Part shown: piece after piece, positions 1 to 8,891 of the stretch
Layout: the number at the start of each line of letters is the position of its first letter
Numbering within the stretch: the first letter of the stretch is position 1
NCBI GenBank assembly: GCA_018060465.1
Contig: JAGOVX010000001.1
Span: 1 to 56,519, forward strand
DNA: 56,519 bases
Source: Candidatus Saccharimonadota bacterium
GTDB taxonomy: Bacteria > Patescibacteriota > Saccharimonadia > Saccharimonadales > Saccharimonadaceae
Reading direction: 5' to 3'
Made by a program: the position numbers and the translations under genes
Notes under the pieces: generated by a model
Told to the model about the DNA's origin: nothing
The model's input: the letters and a program-made list of their open reading frames with translations, nothing else
Database searches by the model: none

Positions 1-205
1 AGTTAGCTGGATGCCGTGCAATATCTTTTATTCGTGGCCATACTGGTAGCTCTGAATACTGATATTCAGCCTGTGTAGCAAGCACTCTTGCATTCTCCAG
101 CTCCCATACCGTCCACTGGTTATGGTTTCCACCCTCTACCTGATGAGCTGAAGTAGCAGCCCCCCACAAGAATCGCTTTGGAAATTTGGCGTCTGCGTGT
201 ATCAT
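1..205 (-). CDS. Glycoside hydrolase family 1 (beta-glucosidase-like), N-terminal 68 aa only; the gene runs off the left edge of the window
   Basis: Not in the ORF track because it is open-ended. My translation of the minus strand from the ATG at 205..203 gives MIHADAKFPKRFLWGAATSAHQVEGGNHNQWTVWELENARVL... FLWGAATSAHQVEGG matches the GH1 N-terminal signature. Confidence 0.8.
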   Translation of the reverse strand, partial: MIHADAKFPKRFLWGAATSAHQVEGGNHNQWTVWELENARVLATQAEYQYSELPVWPRIKDIARHPAN

Positions 206-243
206 CTGTACATATTATACGACAGGAACCGTCAAAGCAGTGT

Positions 244-1770
244 TTACGAAGAAATATCTTCGCCAAAATGTTTTTGTAGTCGCATAGTTATGCTACCTTC
301 ATGTCGGCCTAGTAGCGCAGAAAGTTCTGCAATACCCTTGCCGTTCTGAAATTCCTGCGTCAGCAATGCATCTTGCTGCTTCGTCCATGGCATATAGGCG
401 TTCGGGTAGGTTTCTCGCATTTTCGCAATTTTTTCCTGCCACGCACTGCCATTTTTTGCATGTGGTTGTGGTTCTGGCATCTTGGCACGTTCATCTGCTT
501 TCGCCTTCAAATGTGCAAACGCCTGCGTGTCCCGCCGAGATTTCTGATGCAGCTGCGTATCTATATGGTAGGCATCATCACTAATAGCCAGCGCCATTTG
601 GTTGATACCTTTTAGAAATAATGTGTCCAACGTTCGTACACGACTCAGCGCCACATAGCCCATACCCTCTACAAACGCTTTACGTAAGTCAATCAGCGCC
701 GCATCCAGCGTCATACCCTGGCTTTTATGCACTGTTATTGCCCACGCCAGACGCAACGGAATTTGTGTAATACTTGCACGCTTTTTGTCGCCATCACGTA
801 GTTCCCACGTATCAGGCACAACCGTCAGTTCTTTGCCATTTGTAAACTTTATTATCGGATATTCAGTCGCCGAGTCGAAGGCAACAACCGTCCCTAGACT
901 GCCATTAAAATATTTTTTATCAGGACTATTTTTTACCGCCATCACCAGCGCGCCTTCTTTCAAGCGCAGTTCAGCCGGAGCGAGTACAGAACGCTGCAAA
1001 CTTTCCACGTAATTTGTGCTTCCGGTGGTAGTTTGGCTATACCTCATTTCATCGCCGTCAAGCTGTGCCAGCCTAGCCTCATTTTCTCTATCCACATCGA
1101 CATTGACTGTGTGCAACTCGGTATACAGCAGGCCTTCCGGCGGATCTACCTGCACGCGTGCCAGTAATGCCTCGGCATGAGACCGACGCAAATCTTGATC
1201 TCGCATTGCATGTAAAATTTCCGACAATGTGTCGTCGGTATGTCGATATTGATCTTCCAGATAGCATATGGTTGGGTCAAGTTCTTGCCATACCTGAGAA
1301 TTTACCACAAAACCACCTACCCTACCTTGATCCCTGTTCACTGGCGGCAACTGGAACAAGTCGCCACTCATAATAAGTTGAATCCCACCAAAAGGAGTAT
1401 CTGGCTGTTTTCGTACCAGCCTACATACTTCATCCACCATATCAAGCCGAAAATCATGCAGCATCGATATCTCGTCGAGTATCAGCACGTCAGTTTTTTG
1501 GATTATTTCACGACGACCCTTTGGCAAATTATCGATAAAATACGGTGGCAATTCATCGTGTATGCCAATACCACACCAGCTATGAATAGTCGTACCTCCC
1601 AGATGCGAAGCAGCCAATCCTGTTGTGGCAGTTATCGACACATGTTTGCCCTCGTGTTTGGCAAGGCGAATAAACTGATTCAGCACATAGGTTTTACCAG
1701 ATCCAGCGGGACCCGTTAAAAATACGCTTTCTCCAGACAGCAATATCTCGAGTGCAAGCTGTTGATTCAT
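244..1770 (-). CDS. SF1B Pif1/RecD-family DNA helicase with a C-terminal HTH-like tail
   Basis: Helicase motifs: GPAGSGKT (Walker A), TATTGLAA, VLILDEISM (Walker B), GDLFQLPPV, QYRH, ITVHKSQGMTLD, YVALSRVRT. The C-terminal segment WTKQQDALLTQEF..IAELSALLGRHEGSITMRLQK looks like the HTH_40-type tail of bacterial Pif1-like helicases. Its ATG shares one base with the upstream stop (TAATG, 1768..1772). Confidence 0.85.
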   Translation of the reverse strand: MNQQLALEILLSGESVFLTGPAGSGKTYVLNQFIRLAKHEGKHVSITATTGLAASHLGGTTIHSWCGIGIHDELPPYFIDNLPKGRREIIQKTDVLILDEISMLHDFRLDMVDEVCRLVRKQPDTPFGGIQLIMSGDLFQLPPVNRDQGRVGGFVVNSQVWQELDPTICYLEDQYRHTDDTLSEILHAMRDQDLRRSHAEALLARVQVDPPEGLLYTELHTVNVDVDRENEARLAQLDGDEMRYSQTTTGSTNYVESLQRSVLAPAELRLKEGALVMAVKNSPDKKYFNGSLGTVVAFDSATEYPIIKFTNGKELTVVPDTWELRDGDKKRASITQIPLRLAWAITVHKSQGMTLDAALIDLRKAFVEGMGYVALSRVRTLDTLFLKGINQMALAISDDAYHIDTQLHQKSRRDTQAFAHLKAKADERAKMPEPQPHAKNGSAWQEKIAKMRETYPNAYMPWTKQQDALLTQEFQNGKGIAELSALLGRHEGSITMRLQKHFGEDISS

Positions 1771-2741
1771 TAACCCCTCGGTGCCTCGCCGTCTGGCTCG
1801 CCCAAAAGTTTCTTACTTTTTATCTCGTATCGCCTACCTGTGACTTGGCTAGTTATATAGTCTTCATTTATCAGATTCACAAACATATCTAGGTCGTTGC
1901 CATCCATAATAATAATCTGATTCTTCTCGTCGCTCATCAGTTCCAGCTGCATTTCGTCGGCATATTCAATTGCCTGCTCTTGTGAAACTGCCCCAATCTC
2001 TAGCTTCTGTAGTTTGTTGACAACTTTTCTACGTTCACGTACCAATGTTTGCAGGTCGAGCCCCTCAGCAAAACTCAGCTTGTACGTTTTTTCGATTTCA
2101 GCCACCTTCTCGTCAGCCAGTAGTTGTTTTTTATACTCATGTTGAAATAGTTTTTCAAATTTTGACTGATGAAAGATAAAAATATCGCCGCCAATAATCA
2201 CTACTTGATTGTCTGTTGGCATTTTTACACCAATATCTGCTTTAAACGGAGCCAGCGTTCCACCATTGAGTTCCCAGCTTGTCGCACCTGCTAGCACATT
2301 GCTTTGTTGCACAGCCTTTACGATATAAAATGGTGCCGCATCTGCTTCTTTACAGCGCAGTACTACACCTTTTACACGCTTGAACTCATGGTCGGTTTCA
2401 GAAAACGACTCGATGCTGGCACGTTCTTTTTCTATCAAATGTAGTAGTGTTTCAGCACGCCCAACTTTTGCCACTTCAGTGCGTAGTAGTACATTTTCCT
2501 CAGCCTCACTACGCTCGTAGTCGCGAACCATCATACCGGTACCTGCGCCAAAATTAACAGTATTGATCGCATCGTATAAAAACATTGCTCTCAGTTGATT
2601 TTCAAGCTCGGCTGAATACTTTATATGGTATGGTGTGTAGTTTTTGTTAAACACAAATAGTTCAAGGCTGATCTCATTTTTTATTCGGTCAGTTTGGTTC
2701 GCCCACAAAAATACATCAGTCGGTTCTGGTTGATCGGTCAT
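1770..2741 (-). CDS. Hypothetical protein, KwaB/DUF4868-like (tentative)
   Basis: 323 aa, soluble, with no enzymatic motif. The length and layout match my recollection of DUF4868: a central block FYIVKAVQQSNVL, then VVIIGGDIFIFHQSKFEKLF, then a C-terminal LINEDYITSQVTGRRYEIKSKK. AAAGGA lies 5 nt upstream of the ATG. The family call rests on memory only and needs an HMM search. Confidence 0.5.
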   Translation of the reverse strand: MTDQPEPTDVFLWANQTDRIKNEISLELFVFNKNYTPYHIKYSAELENQLRAMFLYDAINTVNFGAGTGMMVRDYERSEAEENVLLRTEVAKVGRAETLLHLIEKERASIESFSETDHEFKRVKGVVLRCKEADAAPFYIVKAVQQSNVLAGATSWELNGGTLAPFKADIGVKMPTDNQVVIIGGDIFIFHQSKFEKLFQHEYKKQLLADEKVAEIEKTYKLSFAEGLDLQTLVRERRKVVNKLQKLEIGAVSQEQAIEYADEMQLELMSDEKNQIIIMDGNDLDMFVNLINEDYITSQVTGRRYEIKSKKLLGEPDGEAPRG

Positions 2742-2761
2742 GTTGTCCTTTTTACGTTATA

Positions 2762-3355
2762 TTACTTTTCGCACGCAATGCCGTCGTTGTCACGGTCTAG
2801 CTTGCCCTGGTAGCTTTCATCAGATCGCTTGATGTTAAACACACCTGCTTCAAATGCTGCGGTACAGTTCTCGAATCGACGACCTTTTGATGCCTTGCTG
2901 GTACTTTGCGCGGCAACCTTTTCTTGTGCTGCCTTTGATGCAGTATTTGCCGAGCTTGCCTTGCCGTTCACTTCACCATTTGGAGCAGTTTGAAATGGTG
3001 AGTATTTGCCGTTCACATCAGCCTGTGATGGGTTTGTAAGCACCACCCCTGCATATGCCGACCATACTACTACGAGTGCCATCAATGCCTTTGCCCAAGG
3101 GCTATTCTTGAAACCTTCTGGGTCATGCACATACCACACAGCAGCCACAACAATAGGTATGATAGGCAGCACAACAATCCACAGCAGCCAGCCTACTAGA
3201 ATTCGGCGGCTCTTTGTCCAATTTTGGTAGGAATTCCGAGTAAGCGGAAACCGACTTAGTAGCCACTCTGCTCCGCGTAGGAAAAATCCACCTTTTGCAA
3301 TCTTGGCACGCTCGTCATTTACCTTCGCTTCTTCACTTTGCTTTTTCTCAACCAT
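2762..3355 (-). CDS. Two-TM membrane protein with a C-terminal Excalibur (DxDxDGxxCE) calcium-binding domain
   Basis: Hydrophobic segments ILVGWLLWIVVLPIIPIVVAAVWYV and WAKALMALVVVWSAYAGVVLT. A low-complexity A/S/K linker follows. The C-terminus FENCTAAFEAGV...GKLDRDNDGIACEK matches the Excalibur motif. GGGGAG SD lies upstream of the ATG. Confidence 0.7.
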   Translation of the reverse strand: MVEKKQSEEAKVNDERAKIAKGGFFLRGAEWLLSRFPLTRNSYQNWTKSRRILVGWLLWIVVLPIIPIVVAAVWYVHDPEGFKNSPWAKALMALVVVWSAYAGVVLTNPSQADVNGKYSPFQTAPNGEVNGKASSANTASKAAQEKVAAQSTSKASKGRRFENCTAAFEAGVFNIKRSDESYQGKLDRDNDGIACEK

Positions 3356-3427
3356 GTTATCTCCCCTTTATACTTGTACTTATTGTAGCAAGTTTTTATG
3401 TGATTTTAGAATCTTTTTACACGCGGG

Positions 3428-3928
3428 CTAGAGATCTTGCAGCACAGACTCTTGCGGCAGTGTCGCAAGTATCGTATGGATAGATTGTGTTGGTATGAAC
3501 AATGTAGCCGTGTTTGAAATAGGGTGAAAATCCAAGTCTGGCTCATTTAGAAGTTCCGCATCAACAATTACCTTTACGTGATGTGCTGTTTCATTCAAAC
3601 AGCAAAATATACTGACAGAACCTGGTTTTACACCTAGCATTGTTTCTACTTTTTCGGGGCTGCAAAACCGTACTTTCTTCTCGCCTAAATCGTCTGCTAA
3701 TTTTCGCAGGTCAAGCCGTTTTAGCCCGGGCATCACTACTAAATACTGCCGCCTACCTTTGTCGTCCTGAATAAACAAGTTCTTTATTTCGGTTCGTCCA
3801 GGCAGCACGCGCATCGCCTCCTCTACCGTATATACAGCCTCGTGGCGTACAAGCTCGTAAGGAATTGAAAGCTGTTGCAAAAACCGTATGCAGTCATCCT
3901 CTTTTACATAGTGTGCTTCAGATGTCAT
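3428..3928 (-). CDS. YbaK/ProX-type aminoacyl-tRNA deacylase (free-standing prolyl-tRNA editing domain homologue)
   Basis: 166 aa. The pattern YELVRHEAVYTVEEA...EIKNLFIQDDKGRRQYLVVMPG..RLDLRKLA...GVKPGSVSIF...HP is typical of the YbaK/ProRS-INS superfamily. Confidence 0.7.
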   Translation of the reverse strand: MTSEAHYVKEDDCIRFLQQLSIPYELVRHEAVYTVEEAMRVLPGRTEIKNLFIQDDKGRRQYLVVMPGLKRLDLRKLADDLGEKKVRFCSPEKVETMLGVKPGSVSIFCCLNETAHHVKVIVDAELLNEPDLDFHPISNTATLFIPTQSIHTILATLPQESVLQDL

Positions 3929-3929
3929 C

Positions 3930-4928
3930 CTAGTGAATCTCGCTTATTGCACGAACTATCATGTAGATAATATACACGGCCATGCCTATCCCTACCCCAA
4001 TACTCGTACCTGTTTTTAGTCGCTGACCCAACGGCGCAACTACATTTGCTTCCCTATTACCCACTCGTTCGTCTGCATAATAACTGCCCTGCTCGGCAAT
4101 CTCGCCGCCAACTTTTTTTGCAATATCCATCAAAGCTTTTATATTCTTTTCCTTCACCAACGCGTAGTTTGTTTGTGCGTAAATATAAAATCTGTCATCT
4201 ACTACCTCCATGTCATAGGCACCCTCACTGTCCATGGCGGCCTGCATCACATCTGGCGTAAAAATATACAGGGCATCACGTGCGTATTCTTGAGGTGCAT
4301 ACAAGGTAAAATATTTGTCAAAATCTCCCTCTAGCGATAGTTTTTGTCCGTTCTTAAATTCATCCGGTAAATTTGTCACAACACTGAGAAAATTATTTTT
4401 CTTTGTATCAAGTACCATATTTGGCAAACGACGCGGCAATTTCATCATCAAAAATCCCCATATGTGAATCTGCTGGCTTTTGCCACTTCCTGTCGTGTAG
4501 CGATACTCACCTACTTCTATCCCATCAGAAAACGTAATGCCATGCTGGATTACTCGCGAGTGTCCCTTGTTAAAAATCATACCGGTATGCGGTATGTCTT
4601 TTTGTTTAAACACATAGCGTGCATGATTCATTTCGGCAAATTTATGCAGCTGTACGCGTGCCCTAGTATTCTCTACTATCGCCGAAAGTATAGCTGAAAC
4701 TACTGCCCATCCGATACCGAATACTACCCCAAATTGCACCACTATCCCTGGCATACGCAGTATAGCACCTACAATAGCCGTCACTAGTCCAGCCAATGCA
4801 GCAAGCACAGTTACCCACATGTAGGTTTCAGAAATCGTCATCCACCTGTCACCGGTTAATTTTTTGTAGGCAGCTAGATCAGCCTCAGTTATTTTCGTCG
4901 TGAGCGCGCGATAGTCCACAGCTTTCAT
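3930..4928 (-). CDS. Membrane protein, DUF3137-like (tentative)
   Basis: It has two N-terminal TM helices and one C-terminal TM. The central block LSLEGDFDKYFTLYAPQEYARDALYIFTPDVMQAAMD resembles the DUF3137 core as I recall it. Confidence 0.45.
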   Translation of the reverse strand: MKAVDYRALTTKITEADLAAYKKLTGDRWMTISETYMWVTVLAALAGLVTAIVGAILRMPGIVVQFGVVFGIGWAVVSAILSAIVENTRARVQLHKFAEMNHARYVFKQKDIPHTGMIFNKGHSRVIQHGITFSDGIEVGEYRYTTGSGKSQQIHIWGFLMMKLPRRLPNMVLDTKKNNFLSVVTNLPDEFKNGQKLSLEGDFDKYFTLYAPQEYARDALYIFTPDVMQAAMDSEGAYDMEVVDDRFYIYAQTNYALVKEKNIKALMDIAKKVGGEIAEQGSYYADERVGNREANVVAPLGQRLKTGTSIGVGIGMAVYIIYMIVRAISEIH

Positions 4929-4951
4929 ATGTTTATGGTATCACACGCACG

Positions 4952-5581
4952 TTATACTACTATCTTGCCGTCGGCAACCACCAATTTGCCATCCTTGTAC
5001 AATCTCCCGTCTGGATAAATAGTTGCATACTCTGCGTTCTTAAAACGCAGTGCCCTTACCAATATTCGTGGGTCAACGCCAGTCATATGCGCCGCCCCGC
5101 ACACGGCAGCATCACCGTGAGTAACAACCAGAACCTTTTCTACTTGGTTTTTACGTCGAGTATTTTTCAGTGCCAAACCAACCCGTCGTGCAGTTTCTTC
5201 AAGGCTCTCAGAACCATACGTACCGTCAACATAGTAAATGTCGTCAAGGCCCCGTATCAAATCCTGATCATCCACTACGGCGCGAGCATCGCTTACAAGT
5301 AACCCCTCTAGCATTCCCAAATAGCGTTCATGCAGCCCCGGAACAGTAACTGGGGCGACACCCAATACACCGCCTACAGCCCTGGCACTTTCCTCTGCAC
5401 GGTACATAGCGCTCGAAACGATCGCCGTGATTGGCGACGCATGATGCTCCGCATTCAAACGCCGCCCAGATTCTTGCACTTGGTCTACACCATCTGCAGT
5501 TAACCTATCAAATGGAGCATTCAATATGCCGCTCTTATTTCCAACTGTTTCGCCGTGACGCATTAAAATTATCTCGGTCAT
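4952..5581 (-). CDS. Histidine phosphatase family protein (phosphoglycerate-mutase-like)
   Basis: N-terminal RHGET catalytic motif (ILMRHGETVGN) and a distal VVTHG histidine motif. Confidence 0.8.
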   Translation of the reverse strand: MTEIILMRHGETVGNKSGILNAPFDRLTADGVDQVQESGRRLNAEHHASPITAIVSSAMYRAEESARAVGGVLGVAPVTVPGLHERYLGMLEGLLVSDARAVVDDQDLIRGLDDIYYVDGTYGSESLEETARRVGLALKNTRRKNQVEKVLVVTHGDAAVCGAAHMTGVDPRILVRALRFKNAEYATIYPDGRLYKDGKLVVADGKIVV

Positions 5582-5624
5582 CGTGGTGTACTCTCGATCA
5601 TATCCATTATTCTCACGCTATCTT

Positions 5625-6233
5625 CTATCGCGACTGCAGCGCATCAAGCGCAATCCCCATAGCCGCAAGCACGCGCCAATCCAGGCGTCGATATGCGTCA
5701 TCCGTCATATCCAGCGTATAGTGGTCACGAAATAACGTTACTTTCCTGTATTTTCCTACTTCAATATTGCTAGCCATATCGATAAAAATAAAGTGGTAGC
5801 GGAAAAAAAGTATTATAATTTCCAATATATCACCAAGGTACGGTATTACCCCAATATAACGACGCAAGATTGCTAGCGTCGTGTTGCTTTCTTTCACCCG
5901 AAATACATCATTGCCATTCGCATCCATCACAATCCAGCTGCTACTCACAAGACTTTTGCCAAATTCCTTGCGCAACATACCTAGCAACTGTCCTGCTGGG
6001 TCTTCTATAAAGTACCTACCATGCACATCAAGCACTTTTTCAGCCCGAAATGAAAATACAGGTGAAGTCTTTTGCTCATCCGTATAGCAAAGCACCTTTT
6101 CCTTAAAGGCCAAACGTTTCTGCTGCGCAAAGGCAGCAAGCTGCGCCTTGTTCCCTGCCTGATCAGCAGCAAACACACTATATTTGTTTACAAATGCTGT
6201 GATTTTTTGGTCTATGTATAATTGTGGTTTCAT
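5625..6233 (-). CDS. LURP-one-related / YxjI-like (tubby C-terminal-like fold) protein, tentative
   Basis: About 200 aa. The opening QKITAFVNKYSVF..., the repeated beta-strand pattern and an internal hydrophobic helix are typical of the LURP1/scramblase-like family. No catalytic motifs. Confidence 0.45.
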   Translation of the reverse strand: MKPQLYIDQKITAFVNKYSVFAADQAGNKAQLAAFAQQKRLAFKEKVLCYTDEQKTSPVFSFRAEKVLDVHGRYFIEDPAGQLLGMLRKEFGKSLVSSSWIVMDANGNDVFRVKESNTTLAILRRYIGVIPYLGDILEIIILFFRYHFIFIDMASNIEVGKYRKVTLFRDHYTLDMTDDAYRRLDWRVLAAMGIALDALQSR

Positions 6234-6278
6234 ACTTTTAGTATAGCCTAGTTGTCCGCCATAGTGTCGGTATTTTGG

Positions 6279-6698
6279 CTAGCCGTTCCTGGGGATCGCC
6301 ACCAAGTCGATATCAAACACTAAATCACTATTTGCTGGTATATTTTTAGCGGGGCTACTACTGCCATATGCCATAGCGGCAGGTATAATGAGCCGGCGTG
6401 TACCACCAACTTTCATGCCAGGCACACCCTGTGTCCAGCCCGCTATCACGCCATGTAGTGGAAATGTAATCGCCTTGTTGAAGTCATGGCTACTTTGAAA
6501 TATTATGCCATTTTTACACAGCGCACCCGTATAATGCGCCGTAATGGTCGCGTTCGGCTGCACTTCTTCACCGGTGCCTACTTCTATATCTATAATTTCC
6601 AGCTCATTCACATCTCGACGTGGTGTAAAATCCGCCAGCTTTGTACCTTCATATGTCATATCAGTTAGTATAGCAAATCTTTGCAACCACCCGATCAC
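6279..6698 (-). CDS. FKBP-type peptidyl-prolyl cis-trans isomerase
   Basis: VHYTGALCKNGIIFQSSHD...GVIAGWTQGVPGMKVGGTRRLIIPAAMAYG...LVFDIDLVAI. The GTG start at 6698 is preceded by GAGGAAG at 7-nt spacing. Confidence 0.85.
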   Translation of the reverse strand: MIGWLQRFAILTDMTYEGTKLADFTPRRDVNELEIIDIEVGTGEEVQPNATITAHYTGALCKNGIIFQSSHDFNKAITFPLHGVIAGWTQGVPGMKVGGTRRLIIPAAMAYGSSSPAKNIPANSDLVFDIDLVAIPRNG

Positions 6699-6737
6699 TC
6701 AATTTCTTCCTCGCCAACTTGTTCAAGTGCACCTATA

Positions 6738-7313
6738 TTACTTCCTGGCCAAAATTTTTCTTCGATATACCAGCATGGCAGCGAAAAGTGCATTTCCGAC
6801 AAGCCACACAATTTGCCAAGCACTCGAAAGAAATGTAAACGAGTCTAGCGCGGCAAGCCCTAATGTAAATCGAAATGTATTTGTTACATAAAACGAAAGC
6901 GTTTCTGTCTCTGGTTTATTCCACGACTTACGAACTGTCGGCACAAAAGCCAAAAGGTCTGCAATAATTGCAAAAACCAGAGCCACGACAGGTTGGTTTA
7001 CGCCAAGCCACAACCCCATTGCTATCAGTGACAGCACTGCAACTATTTTATCCGACCACGTTATATCCCGATTACCATGCTTAATACTTAGAAAAACTAC
7101 CCCGAAGCATAAAAGCCCCGCAGTAATCGTAATCCATGCACCCGGGCCTGCTCCACCTTTTATCTGCAACGCAACGAGCAGTGTTGTCAGCAACCCCCAT
7201 AATGTCCAGCTATAGGTGTGTGGACGTGTCGCGCCCCTCAATATGTCGCGATAATACGCGATATACGAGAATACCGTCAACAAGGCGGCTATACCACCAA
7301 TTATCTCTTTCAC
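6738..7313 (-). CDS. Uncharacterised 6-TM membrane protein, paralogue 1 of 3
   Basis: It shares motifs with 7317..7886 and 9711..10301: G-x3-(R/K)P-(H/N)-x3-W after TM1, and AD-x2-AF-x-PT-x-K-x-(W/Y)-x-(K/Y)-PE-(T/S)-E before TM5. Confidence 0.6.
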   Translation of the reverse strand: MKEIIGGIAALLTVFSYIAYYRDILRGATRPHTYSWTLWGLLTTLLVALQIKGGAGPGAWITITAGLLCFGVVFLSIKHGNRDITWSDKIVAVLSLIAMGLWLGVNQPVVALVFAIIADLLAFVPTVRKSWNKPETETLSFYVTNTFRFTLGLAALDSFTFLSSAWQIVWLVGNALFAAMLVYRRKILARK

Positions 7314-7316
7314 TTG

Positions 7317-7886
7317 TTAAGCAATCATAGCCAGTAGCTTCTTACGGTAGATCAACAACAGCACGAACCCGCCAGAAAGTACAAAATATATCGGGAAGAT
7401 CGTATCGACACGAAGTTCGTCTATAGCGATGATGGCGCATATCGATGCGACAACTTCGATTGCAAAAAAGTTCGGATCTTCAGACTCGGGTTTCTTCCAT
7501 GTTTTAACAAACGTAGGAATGAATGCAATTAGGTCTGCCAGTACGCCCAGCATCACTGCGAGCAAGCCACTGCCAGTTAGTACATATGAAATAACCGCCA
7601 CTACACCCATTGAAAAACATACCTTGTCGAGCTTGCTAGTACCACCTTCACCATAAATAATCGACATAACGAGCAAATAACTCGCTCTTACAAAAAATAT
7701 ACCCGCAAACATAATCCCCGAGAGATTGCTAGAACCAAGGATACCAATAATTCCCGTTACCGCCGCTAGCCAAATAACTGCACGCGTTACCCTATGCGGC
7801 TTCGCCTTGCCCTCCAGCATACTTTTTGTATAAAAAATAGGCGAAATAAGCGATAATACTAAACTAAGTAGAATCCAGATGTTCAT
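7317..7886 (-). CDS. Uncharacterised 6-TM membrane protein, paralogue 2 of 3
   Basis: EGKAKPHRVTRAVIW and ADLIAFIPTFVKTWKKPESED align with the motifs of paralogues 1 and 3. Confidence 0.6.
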   Translation of the reverse strand: MNIWILLSLVLSLISPIFYTKSMLEGKAKPHRVTRAVIWLAAVTGIIGILGSSNLSGIMFAGIFFVRASYLLVMSIIYGEGGTSKLDKVCFSMGVVAVISYVLTGSGLLAVMLGVLADLIAFIPTFVKTWKKPESEDPNFFAIEVVASICAIIAIDELRVDTIFPIYFVLSGGFVLLLIYRKKLLAMIA

Positions 7887-7889
7887 ACG

Positions 7890-8891
7890 TTAGTTATCCA
7901 AAAATTTCTGAAGCTGGCTCCACACACCGTCGGCAATCTCAATCTCACCAGATGTTTCCGCTCGCTTCGATAGCTCATCGCCATGCTCACCCGGCAAATA
8001 CAGTCTACTGCCCTTCGCCTTCCTTGCTGAGCGCATTGTCTCAATTAGCTCATCCACTCGATTATTAAAATCACCCCTACCCCCAAGTAACCCCGTATCA
8101 ATCGCCAAAACAAAGGTACCCGCACCTTCTTGACTATGATGTCCTGCAAATCCACCTTGTGTGAATGCAGCACCAAGCATTTGAACAAAAAGAGACAGTC
8201 CTGAGCCCTTAGCTCCGGCAAATGGCAGAATCGCGCCGAGCATAGCATGATCTCCCTCCATATCAATTACTTCTTCTGGCGTGGTTGTATAGTTACCATC
8301 CTTATCTAAAGCAGATGCATCAGGTATAGGTTCCCCCTTCAAATAGGCTTCGATGACACCGTAGTATGCGATTGAAGCTGTGGCAGAATCAAATACTATC
8401 TGTCCATCACTATGCGGAAACGCATACGAAAGTGGGTTGGTACCAAAAACTGGCTCTGTCAAACCATGTGGAGCTACGAGTGCAGATGCATTACCAACCG
8501 AAACAAAGCCAATATAGCCCTTCTTTGCTATTGCACGCGCAAAGTAGCCGATTGCACCAGAAGAAGAAAATGTATGATTAACGCCAACAATACCGGCACC
8601 ATGTATAGCGGCAAGCTCGACAGCTTTTTCTGCGGCTTTCATTGCACTAACCATTGAGTGTCCGCCAGAAAATAATGCGCCACACTTATTCTCTTTAACT
8701 ATCTTAAACTGTTCTATATCTGCCGCTTTAGGCACACCTCCGGTTGCAATTTTTGCAATGCCTTGATTATTCCCGCGCATTTGAGCATACAGAAGCGTAT
8801 CGGTAATGATCAGAGTGTCTTCCGCATTATACCCAAGTTTTTCTACACCCTTACGTACACTTTCTTTTAGTTCTTGCAGTGCAACTTTCAT
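7890..8891 (-). CDS. Ldh_2 family (type-2 malate/L-lactate/sulfolactate) dehydrogenase
   Basis: 333 aa with LLYAQMRGNNQGI, GVNHTFSSSGAIGYFA, GTNPLSYAFP and LPFAGAKGSGLSL, all characteristic of the Ldh_2 family. The substrate cannot be assigned. Confidence 0.75.
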   Translation of the reverse strand: MKVALQELKESVRKGVEKLGYNAEDTLIITDTLLYAQMRGNNQGIAKIATGGVPKAADIEQFKIVKENKCGALFSGGHSMVSAMKAAEKAVELAAIHGAGIVGVNHTFSSSGAIGYFARAIAKKGYIGFVSVGNASALVAPHGLTEPVFGTNPLSYAFPHSDGQIVFDSATASIAYYGVIEAYLKGEPIPDASALDKDGNYTTTPEEVIDMEGDHAMLGAILPFAGAKGSGLSLFVQMLGAAFTQGGFAGHHSQEGAGTFVLAIDTGLLGGRGDFNNRVDELIETMRSARKAKGSRLYLPGEHGDELSKRAETSGEIEIADGVWSQLQKFLDN

